From positions 445,362-509,361 of the forward strand of contig JBGTSY010000001.1 of the NCBI GenBank assembly GCA_041940025.1: 64,000 nt of DNA, in the 5' to 3' direction. The DNA is from Thiotrichaceae bacterium (GTDB lineage Bacteria > Pseudomonadota > Gammaproteobacteria > UBA5859). Below, one piece after another: positions 49,037-59,385 of this stretch. A model generated the notes under the pieces. That model worked only from the letters and a program-made list of their open reading frames with translations. It was not told where the DNA came from and searched no databases. Every line of letters starts with the position of its first letter. Positions within the stretch are counted from its first letter, which is position 1. Position numbers and translations under genes: made by a program.

Positions 49037-49994
49037 TCAAGACATCTGCATAGGATGCCAAATTGTATTGTGATGCGATCGTTCGTCGTGCCTCTTGACC
49101 TAACCGATGGCGCAGGGGAATATCGTCAATGAGCTTTGTGAGTGAATTGTGCCATTCTTCATCAGACTGGGCCCAGAACCCGTTCATGTTTGGTTTGACA
49201 ATGTCACGATTCACCCCTACTGGGCTACAGACCACAGGTTTGCCCACAGCCATGCATTGCAGTAGTTTGAATCCACATTTGCCTCGTGTCCAAGGATCGT
49301 CGCTCAAAGGCATGAGTCCTATATCAAAACTGTTGAGATCCTCGATCTCTTCATCATAATTCCACACCTTGCGAATGACGTCGATATTTTTTAAGTTAAT
49401 GAATTCATTCGATACAATTTTTAGCCGTACATTCGGGTACTTTTCCCCGATTTTTTCCAATGGATCTCGAATGAGATCTAAGTAGGGTAACGTCACTGCG
49501 CTGCCAATCCAACCTAGGGTCACGGTGTGTCCAGGTTCTTTTGCTAATATGAGATATCGGCTGAGATCAATACAGGTGGGAATACATAGGATTTGATTTG
49601 TATAAGGACGAGCGCGATCGGCGAGATAAGCGTTACCTGCAATCACGGTGTCAACGGTTTTCACCATACGGGAGAATTTTTTTATTCGAGTCGTGCTGTT
49701 GTTCGCTTTCGCATGGCTGTCTGGAAACATAATCGCATCATCGAAATCAAAAATTAGCTTTTTAGAACAAGCACGAAGCAACTTTAAGTCTAAATATGCC
49801 ATTAATTTTTTCTGAATGACCACACAATCAACCTGATTTGCAGAATCAAGTAATTTCAATTTTTCTCGCCAAGTGTTCGCGAAAGTTTGAATCTGCACGT
49901 CAAATCCGGCTGCTTCCAGATAGGGTCGATATTGTAGGATTCGATATCGAGCACTGGCTTTGTCCAGTCGCGTCACTAGGAACAGGATACGCAT
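49005..49994 (-). CDS. Glycosyltransferase (LPS core)
   Basis: 329 aa with a GT-B-like C-terminal domain. Lies between waaP and the LPS kinase, as does the glycosyltransferase in the Pseudomonas core cluster. Confidence 0.6.
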   Translation of the reverse strand: MRILFLVTRLDKASARYRILQYRPYLEAAGFDVQIQTFANTWREKLKLLDSANQVDCVVIQKKLMAYLDLKLLRACSKKLIFDFDDAIMFPDSHAKANNSTTRIKKFSRMVKTVDTVIAGNAYLADRARPYTNQILCIPTCIDLSRYLILAKEPGHTVTLGWIGSAVTLPYLDLIRDPLEKIGEKYPNVRLKIVSNEFINLKNIDVIRKVWNYDEEIEDLNSFDIGLMPLSDDPWTRGKCGFKLLQCMAVGKPVVCSPVGVNRDIVKPNMNGFWAQSDEEWHNSLTKLIDDIPLRHRLGQEARRTIASQYNLASYADVLIEQFRALQQH

Positions 49995-50004
49995 GTATTC
50001 ACTA

Positions 50005-50832
50005 CTACCTTAGATCTGGGGGTGTTTTTTTCCATACTTTTTGATAAGTATTGACTGCCCGCGAGTGGACTTTCGCCCAAAACGTCTTGTCTTGCCTCAG
50101 TGTTTGCGACAATGATCGATCGCTATAGTGATGAATAAATCTGAGGATATCTCTATTAGTCAGCCCTATATCCATTGCAGAAAAATAGAGGCTACCGAGA
50201 TCTTTAATTTTCCATCGTTTGGGCGTACGCCGCCTGATTTGCATTCTATGCAAATCGATCAAATATATGCATGCTAAACTGGTGTTTTTTAGATCGCGCT
50301 GTCGCAGTAAAAAATGGCAGAGATAAAAGTCACGATGATTCAAACCGTTGTCATGCAAAGTTTTGGCGATTTGCGCTAAAGATTTAATGACGTGATATCT
50401 TGTCACCGGATCCGGTGGAGACTGTTGCCACTGTGAGGTCAAGTCCTCTAAGCTGATATTGGGCCCCAGATCTAGAGTCACCAAGAATGAGCGTTGGCGC
50501 GCAGGATTCATACCACGCTTACCGAATGCGACCGGCATTAATGTGGGTATGCCTAACGCCTTGAGTTTGTGTAATGCAAGCCACTCATTTGTCGCACCCA
50601 ATATGGGTCGTTTCATTTGGCTTAAGTTTTTTATGATCTCTTGCCAGCCGATACCTTGATGACACTTGATATAGAAAGTTTGATTCGATCGTACAAACCG
50701 GCGGGTTTCGCGATTATCAATGCGTTTGGCGATATCCCCTTCTATTTCCTGAAATGCCTCTACTGTGCGCAATCCTTGGAAATAATTAATAAAGTCTGAT
50801 TCAATGCGAATCATGTCTGTTCGCACTTTCAA
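50005..50832 (-). CDS. waaP: Lipopolysaccharide core heptose(I) kinase
   Basis: LNHRDFYLCHFLL is the WaaP signature (HRDCYICHFLL in E. coli). 275 aa. Confidence 0.8.
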   Translation of the reverse strand: MKVRTDMIRIESDFINYFQGLRTVEAFQEIEGDIAKRIDNRETRRFVRSNQTFYIKCHQGIGWQEIIKNLSQMKRPILGATNEWLALHKLKALGIPTLMPVAFGKRGMNPARQRSFLVTLDLGPNISLEDLTSQWQQSPPDPVTRYHVIKSLAQIAKTLHDNGLNHRDFYLCHFLLRQRDLKNTSLACIYLIDLHRMQIRRRTPKRWKIKDLGSLYFSAMDIGLTNRDILRFIHHYSDRSLSQTLRQDKTFWAKVHSRAVNTYQKVWKKTPPDLR

Positions 50833-51931
50833 TGATGTCTGCGGCGTCGTGAATGAGACTAAAAAAGTTGTGTTGATTGGTGTAGTTTGGACCCTTCTGT
50901 GCCCAGTGTTCCAATTGATTGCCAGTTAACCAGCAGTCTAATGCCTGCGATAAGTGATCTTGTTTAAATGGATGTGGGAGTACTTCCCCAGCGTTAGCCT
51001 CAGAGACATAGTGTGAGAATCCACAATTGGCCGTGGTGAGTACCGGCAGGCCACAAATCATCGCCTCAATGAGCGTGGTGCCTGTATTCTCTGTGCGTGC
51101 CGGGTGAATTAATGCAGTTGCACTATAATAATATAAGGCCACATTGTGTTGCGCACCGAGGAAATGAACCCTATCTGAAACGTGCAGTTTCTTTGCCAGT
51201 CGTTTCATCGGGCCCACAGTCCCTTCTCCTACCACCAGATAATGAACATTTAGCCGCTTTTCCTCTGGTAACGCCGCGATAGCTCGAATGACTCGATCGA
51301 CACCTTTGGTCTTGTACCCTGAGCCAATAGTCAACAACACCTTACTTTTTAAATCGATCCCTAATTGATTGCGTAGGCGGGCTATCTCATTTTTCGACGG
51401 GGCGGGTTCAAGTCTCTCCTTCTGTATGCCAGGTGACAGTAGATGAAATCGTTCATCTTCTGTTTGGTAGTGATGTTGAAATTTCGCTTTTTGGTCATGA
51501 CTGATGAGTAAAATTTTCGTTGCCTCCCCCTTGCGAAATACGGCTTTCTCTAGATTTAAGTAACACCGATATCTGGGTAAATATTTTATCCAATTTGGCC
51601 TCTCTTCAGCCAATTGAGACGCTAAACAGGGATCCCCCGCATAATAAATATCCAGTCCGGCCACTTTATTGAAGCCGATCGCCAGATCAAAATTAGAATT
51701 TTCACTTGCTTCTATCCAGGTATCAGAGAAGCCTTTCATGCGGCCGTGATTGGTTGGCTTGTTAATGGAAAGTTGATGAATTGTACAGTTTGCAATGGCA
51801 GGACCCTGCCATTGCAAACAAAACACCTCAAGCTGGTGACCGCGTTTAATCAACTCCTCTGCAATACGCCTCATACTGCGCTGCATACCCCCATACTGAA
51901 AATATTTGGCAACCACTAATGCAATGCGCAT
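50801..51931 (-). CDS. waaG: Lipopolysaccharide glucosyltransferase I (GT4)
   Basis: N-terminus MRIALVVAKYFQYGGMQRSMRRIAEEL parallels WaaG (KYFPFGGLQRDFMRIA). Confidence 0.85.
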   Translation of the reverse strand: MRIALVVAKYFQYGGMQRSMRRIAEELIKRGHQLEVFCLQWQGPAIANCTIHQLSINKPTNHGRMKGFSDTWIEASENSNFDLAIGFNKVAGLDIYYAGDPCLASQLAEERPNWIKYLPRYRCYLNLEKAVFRKGEATKILLISHDQKAKFQHHYQTEDERFHLLSPGIQKERLEPAPSKNEIARLRNQLGIDLKSKVLLTIGSGYKTKGVDRVIRAIAALPEEKRLNVHYLVVGEGTVGPMKRLAKKLHVSDRVHFLGAQHNVALYYYSATALIHPARTENTGTTLIEAMICGLPVLTTANCGFSHYVSEANAGEVLPHPFKQDHLSQALDCWLTGNQLEHWAQKGPNYTNQHNFFSLIHDAADIIESANRHDSH

Positions 51932-51936
51932 GAGTA

Positions 51937-52956
51937 TTACTCAACTCCTAACTTGGCCAAACCCTGTAGAATTTCTGCAGGGGTGATCTGCTGGAAGCAG
52001 GGGGGTTGTACGCCCGTATCTGTCGGTTGATTGCAACGGCGACTTAAGCAGGGGGAGCAGGCGCGCTGACTTTGCAGATGCAATTGATTGTTTGCCAATG
52101 TGCCAGTGCGCGTTGCATCGGTTGCGCCATAAACTGAAACCGTTGGGACTGCAAAAGCCGCTGCCACATGAGCCAAACCCGTATCTACGGCAACCACTGC
52201 TTTGGCGGATGCCAGGTGCGCTGCGATTTCGCTGAGTCCCATTGCCGGGAGAATCTGAATGCGCTGAAGTGAGTCGCCGATGAATTCCGCTCTCTGACGC
52301 TCCTCCTGGTTGCCCCAAGGCAGAGTCACTGGCTGGCCAGCCTCATGCAATCTTTCGGCTAACTCACGCCAATATTCCAAGGGCCACATCTTAGTACTCC
52401 AGGTAGTACCATGTAAAAACACCACTGGTTTAACTTCATTCGGAAGTTTGATGGTGCGTTTTTGCAGGCCGTAATCGGGATAGCTATGGGGCAGTGGGTA
52501 AGATAATGCATGTGCAAATAGCTGTCGGTTTTTCTGTACCGCGTGCTCGGTTTTATTTACCGCAATCTTTTGCTGATATGCCCAACTGGCTACCCCTTCT
52601 CGTGCGCTATGCCACGTGTATCCGACACGATGCCCTCGCGCAGCGCGGGTCACGAGGGCGCTCTTAATTAATCCCTGAGCATCCAGAACCATGTCATACT
52701 GTTTCGCTTTCAACTCTTCGAGAAAGCCCTGAATTTCTCCATTTCTGTAGCTCGCCAGTGGATTGTGTCGCCAACGCCTGATGGAGATCGGGATGACGGC
52801 ATTCACCTTGGGATGCCAGTGGGGTACGGCATGAAATCCTTCTTCAACTACCCAATCTAATTCGAGATCCTGAAGCGCAGTAGCGGCGTCTGTGATTGCC
52901 GGGAAGGTGTGAATTAAATCTCCAAGCGATGAAGTTTTGACTAATAGGATTTTCAC
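51937..52956 (-). CDS. waaC: ADP-heptose:LPS heptosyltransferase I
   Basis: MKILLVKTSSLGDLIHTFPAITDA...WVVEEGF closely matches the WaaC N-terminus. GT9. Confidence 0.9.
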   Translation of the reverse strand: MKILLVKTSSLGDLIHTFPAITDAATALQDLELDWVVEEGFHAVPHWHPKVNAVIPISIRRWRHNPLASYRNGEIQGFLEELKAKQYDMVLDAQGLIKSALVTRAARGHRVGYTWHSAREGVASWAYQQKIAVNKTEHAVQKNRQLFAHALSYPLPHSYPDYGLQKRTIKLPNEVKPVVFLHGTTWSTKMWPLEYWRELAERLHEAGQPVTLPWGNQEERQRAEFIGDSLQRIQILPAMGLSEIAAHLASAKAVVAVDTGLAHVAAAFAVPTVSVYGATDATRTGTLANNQLHLQSQRACSPCLSRRCNQPTDTGVQPPCFQQITPAEILQGLAKLGVE

Positions 52957-52962
52957 GGGAGA

Positions 52963-53988
52963 CTAGGCATCCGTCTGTATCAATGCATGTAGATGTTGCC
53001 AGACACGATCCACAGATAGATCTGTCATACATCGATGATGCCCCAGTGGACATTGACGCTCGAAACAAGGGGCGCATTCGATTGGATTTTTCACAATTGT
53101 TGACTGCTCGCCCAAGGGCGGGGTGAAATCAGCGGAAGTGGAGCCGTACACTGCCACCAATGGGCGTGCCAATGAGGCGGCTACATGCATTAGGCCAGAG
53201 TCATTGGTGAGTACCAACTGAGCCAGCGCCAACAGATCTATGGCTTCTGAGAGCGACGTGTGACCCGTGAGATCGATATAGTGCTCTAGCAATTCAGAGG
53301 GCAGATGGCTTTGGATGTCGTGTGCATCTGTCGCATCGTTGTGAGATCCAAATACCCAAACCTGACATCCCTCTGAAATCAGTTTTTCGGTCACGCTTGC
53401 ATAATAGGACGCCGGCCATTTTTTAGACGGGCCGAATTCGGCGCCGGGACAGAGCGCGGCAATGGGTTTGGTGGTGTTTAATCCCAACTTTTGCAGGACC
53501 TGCTGCTGAGACTCTTGCTCGATTTGCAATTTTGGTTGCGGACAATCTGTGGGGATCCGATCCGCCTCATCGCCCAGCGCAACAAATCTTTGAATCATCA
53601 ATGGGTATTTTTGCTTATCTAAAATACGTACATCATTCAGCAGGCCATAGCGGAACTCGCCTCGCCAACCGGTTCGACGAGGAACCTTAGCAAACCAGGG
53701 AATCAGTGCGGATTTTAGGGAATTAGGCAGCACAATCGCCCAGTCGAAAGCTTTTTTCGCCAATTTCTGCGCGATGCGATGGCGCTCACCTAGGGCAAGC
53801 TCTCCGTGGCCAACGGGCATGGAATAAATGTCGTCCACTTCGGCCATGCGCTTCAGCAGCGGGCGGCTCCAATCCATGGCCAATACACTAATAGAGCACT
53901 CATATTGGCGTTTCAAATGAATGAATAAGCTCTGTGCCATTACCATGTCGCCTACCCATGAGGGGCCGATTATCAAGATGTTAGTCAA
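52963..53988 (-). CDS. waaF: ADP-heptose:LPS heptosyltransferase II
   Basis: ILIIGPSWVGDMVMAQSL closely matches the WaaF N-terminus. GT9. Confidence 0.9.
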   Translation of the reverse strand: MTNILIIGPSWVGDMVMAQSLFIHLKRQYECSISVLAMDWSRPLLKRMAEVDDIYSMPVGHGELALGERHRIAQKLAKKAFDWAIVLPNSLKSALIPWFAKVPRRTGWRGEFRYGLLNDVRILDKQKYPLMIQRFVALGDEADRIPTDCPQPKLQIEQESQQQVLQKLGLNTTKPIAALCPGAEFGPSKKWPASYYASVTEKLISEGCQVWVFGSHNDATDAHDIQSHLPSELLEHYIDLTGHTSLSEAIDLLALAQLVLTNDSGLMHVAASLARPLVAVYGSTSADFTPPLGEQSTIVKNPIECAPCFERQCPLGHHRCMTDLSVDRVWQHLHALIQTDA

Positions 53989-54252
53989 CGGGTGTCGCCT
54001 GTATGTTGGAAGGGGTATGCATCAATATGAGAATTCCTTGCTTTGATTCCGAAGCGGGAAGAAACCTCAGCTCCTTTAGGTTACTTACTTATATTTCAAT
54101 CAACTGCGACCATTATAACGCCGATTTTACGGCACGGGTGTGGATACTGGCGTTAGATTTTTCTTTCCGTTCAGTCTGGCTTATACTTGGCGCCCAATAT
54201 GAAACCCCTAGGGCTCAGGGGGAAATTTCCAGCTTAATTTGGAGAGTATAGT

Positions 54253-54711
54253 TTGGAAGACAAGACATTTATGGCTACTTTTCAGGCCATCATATTTTTT
54301 CTTATCGTATTGACGGTGATTTTGATCGGATTTACTTTTGCCATCGGCAAAGTCATTTCCCGTCAAGAGGTGGATCCGCTAGCTGAGGAAGCGGCCATAG
54401 TGAAACATATTTCACCTGTGGGTCAGGTGGCGATCTCCGGTGGTGATGCAGCCAGCGGCCCGCGTAGTGGAAAACAACTGGCGGAAACCGTCTGTCAAAC
54501 TTGTCATGGTTCAGGCGTGATGGGTGCACCGAAATTGGGTGTTCAGGCGGATTGGGAGGCGCGATTAGCACGAGGCGTGGATACTATATTAGATAACGCA
54601 ATCAATGGTATTGCAGCTATGCCGCCACGTGGAGGGGATGCCACACTCTCGGATGAAGAGCTAAAAGCGGCGGTTGATTATATGTTGCAATCGGTAGGTG
54701 CAAGTTTGTAG
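54253..54711 (+). CDS. Membrane-anchored c-type cytochrome (c5-like)
   Basis: N-terminal TM helix and a single CQTCHGSG haem site. C-terminal ...AAVDYMLQS resembles the c5 C-terminus at 16090-16129. Confidence 0.7.
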   Translation: MEDKTFMATFQAIIFFLIVLTVILIGFTFAIGKVISRQEVDPLAEEAAIVKHISPVGQVAISGGDAASGPRSGKQLAETVCQTCHGSGVMGAPKLGVQADWEARLARGVDTILDNAINGIAAMPPRGGDATLSDEELKAAVDYMLQSVGASL

Positions 54712-54738
54712 TCTGTTTAGATTGTCTAAACTCTCAAA

Positions 54739-54763
54739 GGGCGTCCATTGGCGCCCTTTTTTA
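54739..54763 (+). terminator. Rho-independent terminator after the cytochrome gene
   Basis: gggcg-tccattgg-cgccc followed by a T7 run. Confidence 0.5.
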
Positions 54764-55062
54764 TTCGAGACATTTTTTCTTTTGGTACACCAATTGTCTT
54801 TCTCAGGCGCGCTTATTCCATTAAATATCTATAGAAATTAAGACATTAATATCAATCGCTTACAAAGATTCGCGCTTATTTATTACGTCAATCAAGACCT
54901 GATGGATAGCTGAGGTGCAGCGGAGACGAATATTGAAAGTTGGGGATTCTATGCGACGGCTTTCGTTATGTCGATAGCCCCTGGAGGCACTGGATGTTCG
55001 AGAGATTTGACAGCATAGATCTGCTGGGTGGCCCATTTAACGGGGGCCAGAACGGACGGTAT

Positions 55063-57831
55063 TTAGAATCGCCAGTTTAGCAAATCTTTCGCCGCCATTG
55101 GCTGCGCCATAAAAAACCCTTGTGCGGAATCGCATTTTAAATCGGCCAGTTGATCCCAACAACGTTGGTTCTCCACTCCTTCTGCGACTACATCTAATCC
55201 GAGGTTATGGGCCAGCTCAATTGTGGAGCGCACAATTGCCGCATCGTCCGATTGATGGTGCATTTGTGATACAAAGGAACGATCTATTTTAAGTTCATCT
55301 ACCGGTAGCTGTTTTAGGTTCACCAGAGAAAAGAATCCGGTACCAAAATCGTCAATGGATAGGCTGATGCCCATGTTATCCAGTGCACGAGCGACTCTCT
55401 TGGCGCGTGCGGGATCGGTGAGCAGAGAGCTTTCAGTAATTTCTAATTTTAGGTTCTCCGAGCCCACTTGGTGTTTTTTGAGTAATGCGCCTATCTCTTT
55501 TGGTAACGAGGTGTCTTGAAGATTACGGGCGGAAAGATTGACAGATATTTTCATATCCAGCCCATCATCACGCCATTGCCGGCAATCTGCTAATGCTTGA
55601 TCCAAAACCCATGCGGTAAGAGGCAAAATGATTTCATTACGTTCAGCGGCGGGGATAAAGATATCTGGACCTACCAGGCCGCGGCTCGGATGTTGCCATC
55701 GAACTAAAGCCTCCACTCCACACATGGTGCCTGTGCTTAAATTAATTTTAGGTTGATAGTGCAGGACCAATTGCTCGTGCTTTAATGCATCTGCCAATTG
55801 AGAAATTAAAATAATTCTTTGCGGATTGTGGCTGTCTAACGCTGAATTATACACTGAGGCGACGCGACCAGTTTGCTTTGCATGAGTCATGGCCACGTCC
55901 GCGCAGCGCATCAACACTTCGGCCTCTGGTCCATGGTAAGGATAGAGTGCGATTCCGGTACTCACATCTATTTTCAAGTTTAAATCTTCAACCTGGAATG
56001 GGTGACTAAGGGAAGAGCGTACTCTTAGTGCGGTTTCCAAAGATTGATTCGGGTTACTGATAGGGTCAATGATTAGCGCAAACTCGTCACTCCCTAAACG
56101 TGCTGTAAAGGTGTTGTCGCTCATTTCGCTTCCCAAACGGTCAGCTATTTTTTGCAGCAGAAGATCACCGTAGCGATGACCGAAAGCGTCGTTGATCTCT
56201 TTGAAGCCATCCACATCTAGCAGGATTAAACCGATGCCATGTCCTTCTCGGTCAGCCTGTTCGATTCGGTGATTGAGTTGGCTGAGTAACAGATCCCGGT
56301 TGGGCAAACGAGTTAAGGCGTCATGGGTCGCCTGATATTCGATGGCGGCCACCTGCGCATAATGTTCGGTGAGATCTTCAATAAAAGCGATATAAGCCGG
56401 GGGCGCTTCAATAGAAGAATATTCAATGTTCATCTCCACTGGAAAACCTGATCCGTTCGCGCGTTCTAGCCGCGTTTCAAGGGTGATGCGATTACGGAGC
56501 CCTGTTTTAAGTGGGAGCAATAGTCGCCGAATTTCTACTTCATCAAACTCTGACAATAAATCTGTGATAGTTAAATGGTGAAATTCGGTTTCCGAATAGC
56601 CAAGATTTTTTCTAGCAGTTCTGTTGGTCAATCTAAATTTTAAGCTATATTCGTCAAAGATGAGGATTTGATTTTGCGAATTGTCCAATATTCTTGCTAA
56701 TCGATTACCGGACAATTCTGACTGATTTAATTTTTCCGTCGTCGTTTTGAGTTCATTGATGTCGGTTAATGTGCCAATCAAGCCGACTGGTAAGCTATGC
56801 TCGTTGAGCTCAATCACAATATGGGCGAGCACCCATCGAATCTCCTCGGAGCTTGCTAAAAATCTGTATTCAGCGATAAATTCTTGCTCTGTTTGTAGCG
56901 CCTGTTTGAATTCCTCCACTATGCGGTCATAATCATCATCATGAATATGTTTTAGCCAACTATTACCGATGATTTGCGTCGCATCTTGCCCAGTGATATC
57001 AGAACACTTTTGATTGGCGTAATAGATTGTGCCATCTATGTAGGCTCTGAAAATGCCTACGGGCGCGGCGTTTAATAGATTGTGAAATCGATCATCCTCT
57101 GCATTATTAGGCAGCACTATGTCTTGTTCTTCGATTAAAGAAATGATGTTACCTGCCATTCCTGAGATAGCATCGTCTGCGGTCAAACAGGGATGAGCTT
57201 CTATTAGGATCCAACTGTAGCTACCTTTTACATTGCGAATTCGACAACGAAGACTAATTAATTCACTAGAATTCGACACCTGATTCAGGTGATTTTTTAT
57301 GATAACTTTGTCATCCGGGTGAATAATGTCAGACCAGGCAGGGGGCTGTGGTGACTGTAAGCAATTCCCTAACCGACTATGCCAGCGTTCACTTAAGTAG
57401 GTGAGTTTTCCATTCTCATTTATTTCAATTAGGGAAAGCGGATCTAACACCAGCTTCAAATGGGAACCATTTTCGTCGGTTATTTGCGACACTTCTATGT
57501 CATTCGCTGCGGTTGCTACGCTGCTAAAATGAAAAATGACGAACGACTTTTCACTGATTTTAGCGCTGCGTGCTTTAACAATGACGTTGAGATGCGGATT
57601 TTTCAAAATTTGCACCGGTGTCGCATCGATTAAATCTAACGGTAGATCGGATGTTTGGTGGTTCAAGTTCGCATCCAAGTCGACCAAGCTATAAAAATTT
57701 CTGCCAATTAATTGGGCTGGACTGGTTGAGAATAATTCTTCACATGCCCGAGTCGCTTGGACAATTTCGCCAGCATCGTTCACAGTAATGAGTTGTGCTG
57801 CATGGGTCGGCAGTGGGCTGGGGCTTACCAT
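55063..57831 (-). CDS. PAS/PAC-GGDEF-EAL c-di-GMP signalling protein
   Basis: 922 aa with multiple PAS/PAC. GGDEF domain (RLGSDEF, a degenerate GGDEF) and EAL domain (EALVRW, DDFGTG, KIDRSF). Confidence 0.9.
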   Translation of the reverse strand: MVSPSPLPTHAAQLITVNDAGEIVQATRACEELFSTSPAQLIGRNFYSLVDLDANLNHQTSDLPLDLIDATPVQILKNPHLNVIVKARSAKISEKSFVIFHFSSVATAANDIEVSQITDENGSHLKLVLDPLSLIEINENGKLTYLSERWHSRLGNCLQSPQPPAWSDIIHPDDKVIIKNHLNQVSNSSELISLRCRIRNVKGSYSWILIEAHPCLTADDAISGMAGNIISLIEEQDIVLPNNAEDDRFHNLLNAAPVGIFRAYIDGTIYYANQKCSDITGQDATQIIGNSWLKHIHDDDYDRIVEEFKQALQTEQEFIAEYRFLASSEEIRWVLAHIVIELNEHSLPVGLIGTLTDINELKTTTEKLNQSELSGNRLARILDNSQNQILIFDEYSLKFRLTNRTARKNLGYSETEFHHLTITDLLSEFDEVEIRRLLLPLKTGLRNRITLETRLERANGSGFPVEMNIEYSSIEAPPAYIAFIEDLTEHYAQVAAIEYQATHDALTRLPNRDLLLSQLNHRIEQADREGHGIGLILLDVDGFKEINDAFGHRYGDLLLQKIADRLGSEMSDNTFTARLGSDEFALIIDPISNPNQSLETALRVRSSLSHPFQVEDLNLKIDVSTGIALYPYHGPEAEVLMRCADVAMTHAKQTGRVASVYNSALDSHNPQRIILISQLADALKHEQLVLHYQPKINLSTGTMCGVEALVRWQHPSRGLVGPDIFIPAAERNEIILPLTAWVLDQALADCRQWRDDGLDMKISVNLSARNLQDTSLPKEIGALLKKHQVGSENLKLEITESSLLTDPARAKRVARALDNMGISLSIDDFGTGFFSLVNLKQLPVDELKIDRSFVSQMHHQSDDAAIVRSTIELAHNLGLDVVAEGVENQRCWDQLADLKCDSAQGFFMAQPMAAKDLLNWRF

Positions 57832-58039
57832 AAGGGGTGACTTTTAACGAATTGGATAGGATTTTGCCTGAAGCAACGCATCGGAATCGGTCGCTTTGAA
57901 TTCAGTTGAATTCAATTTTCCGAGAACGGGGCGAAAATTTTTATCCGAAACGATTAATCTTAGATTTTATTTTGACAATCTTTTATAAGATGCACAAGTT
58001 TAGTGAATAGATAATATTCAAAATCACAGCCTCATCCGG

Positions 58040-58060
58040 TCTCCTGGTCCGACCAGGAGA
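58040..58060. promoter_or_regulatory. Perfect 10-1-10 palindrome tctcctggtc-c-gaccaggaga in the divergent promoter region; candidate operator
   Basis: Read directly. It lies 150 bp upstream of the ACAD operon and about 210 bp upstream of the GGDEF-EAL start. Confidence 0.4.
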
Positions 58061-58212
58061 GAGCGTGCAGTTAACAACCGACAAGTAAGATATCTGCTTT
58101 GCACGGCCAATTGGTGTTTTAACAATGATATCGATACCGTGAATTGAGTCGCGGATTAGTATTAAAATAGCGTGGTTCACAATAACTAATAGAAACGAAT
58201 GGAGAAGATAAT

Positions 58213-59364
58213 TTGATTTCTTTTCAACCCACAGACGAAGAACAACAATTGTTAGAAACTGTGCGTCGATTTAGTGATGATGTCATCACTCCCGATGCAC
58301 GAGAAGCGGATGTCAAAGGGGCAATCGAGCCCTCTATCTACAGTCAATACTACGATTTGGGGCTACATTTGCTTGGCATTCCTGAATCATTGGGCGGTAT
58401 AGGAGGCTTCACTCTAACCTCCAAATTGCTCATGGAGGAGGTGCTGGCAACGGCTTCTGCGAGTCATGCGCTGGCGCTTGATAGCGCAGGGCTAGGTGCA
58501 CAAACAATTGTTCGATTAGGCAGCGATGCACAGCAGCAGCGTTACCTGGAATCGATGGTTGAGAGACCAGATAGTGTATTTGCTTTTGCAGTGACTGAAG
58601 CTGATTTGGCTAGTCATACGGGATATTTTCAGACCCGGGTAGAGAAAAAAGGCTCAGGTTACCTGCTCAATGGCCAAAAATTGGCAGTCTTGAATGCTGA
58701 TAGAGCTGAACATTTTATTGTGCTGGCACGGGCAGATGGGGGAGCTGGCTTTTCTGGTGTCAAGGCGCTAGTAGTCAAGAAAGATACTCCTGGAGTGCAA
58801 GTTGGTAGCAGACAGAAATTTATGGGATTAAATGCTGCGCCTGCTTTTGAGGTGACTTTCACCGATTGTGAAGTGCCCCAAGAGGACGAGCTTTGTGATG
58901 CGGAAAATGTTGCCCAAGAGATTGTGCAAATTTTAAATATTGGGCGCGCCATGAATGGTGCTCGAAACGTAGCTGTTGGTCAGGCGGCATTGGCTATGGC
59001 GATTGATTATGCTCAGGAGCGTGAAGCATTCGGTAAGAAAATATGCCAGCATCAAGGTTTAGCATTCTTTATTGTGGATAAAGAAGTGGCGTTGAATGCA
59101 GCTCAGGCGCTTAACTATAAAGCGATCAGCCGCATTGTTCAGGGGAAAGATGCCACCCAAGCCGCCTGTTTGGCAATCAATTATTCCAATCGTGCCGCGG
59201 TTCAGGCCACCATTGATTCGATCCAGGTATTTGGTGGCGCGGGATTCATGAAAGATCTGAATGTAGAGCGTTATATGCGGGACGCCCGTACCTTAGCCAA
59301 TGTGTTAGGGAGTGAGGCAGAACATAACGAAGTCCTAGGTGAGTACCTCTACCCAGCAGCATAG
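58213..59364 (+). CDS. Acyl-CoA dehydrogenase family protein, probable non-catalytic partner subunit
   Basis: ACAD fold (three-domain). The canonical C-terminal YEGT catalytic-Glu block is replaced by VLGSEAEHN. Confidence 0.75.
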   Translation: MISFQPTDEEQQLLETVRRFSDDVITPDAREADVKGAIEPSIYSQYYDLGLHLLGIPESLGGIGGFTLTSKLLMEEVLATASASHALALDSAGLGAQTIVRLGSDAQQQRYLESMVERPDSVFAFAVTEADLASHTGYFQTRVEKKGSGYLLNGQKLAVLNADRAEHFIVLARADGGAGFSGVKALVVKKDTPGVQVGSRQKFMGLNAAPAFEVTFTDCEVPQEDELCDAENVAQEIVQILNIGRAMNGARNVAVGQAALAMAIDYAQEREAFGKKICQHQGLAFFIVDKEVALNAAQALNYKAISRIVQGKDATQAACLAINYSNRAAVQATIDSIQVFGGAGFMKDLNVERYMRDARTLANVLGSEAEHNEVLGEYLYPAA

Positions 59365-59385
59365 AACCGGATTTGGAGCACAAAC

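Noticed and set aside
51941-52318. 125-aa ORF in an alternative frame within waaC (and similar ones in waaF and tolC at 23671-24442)
   Set aside because: It lies in another frame of the same strand as a highly conserved gene. Composition (R/S/G/P-rich) is typical of an out-of-frame artefact.
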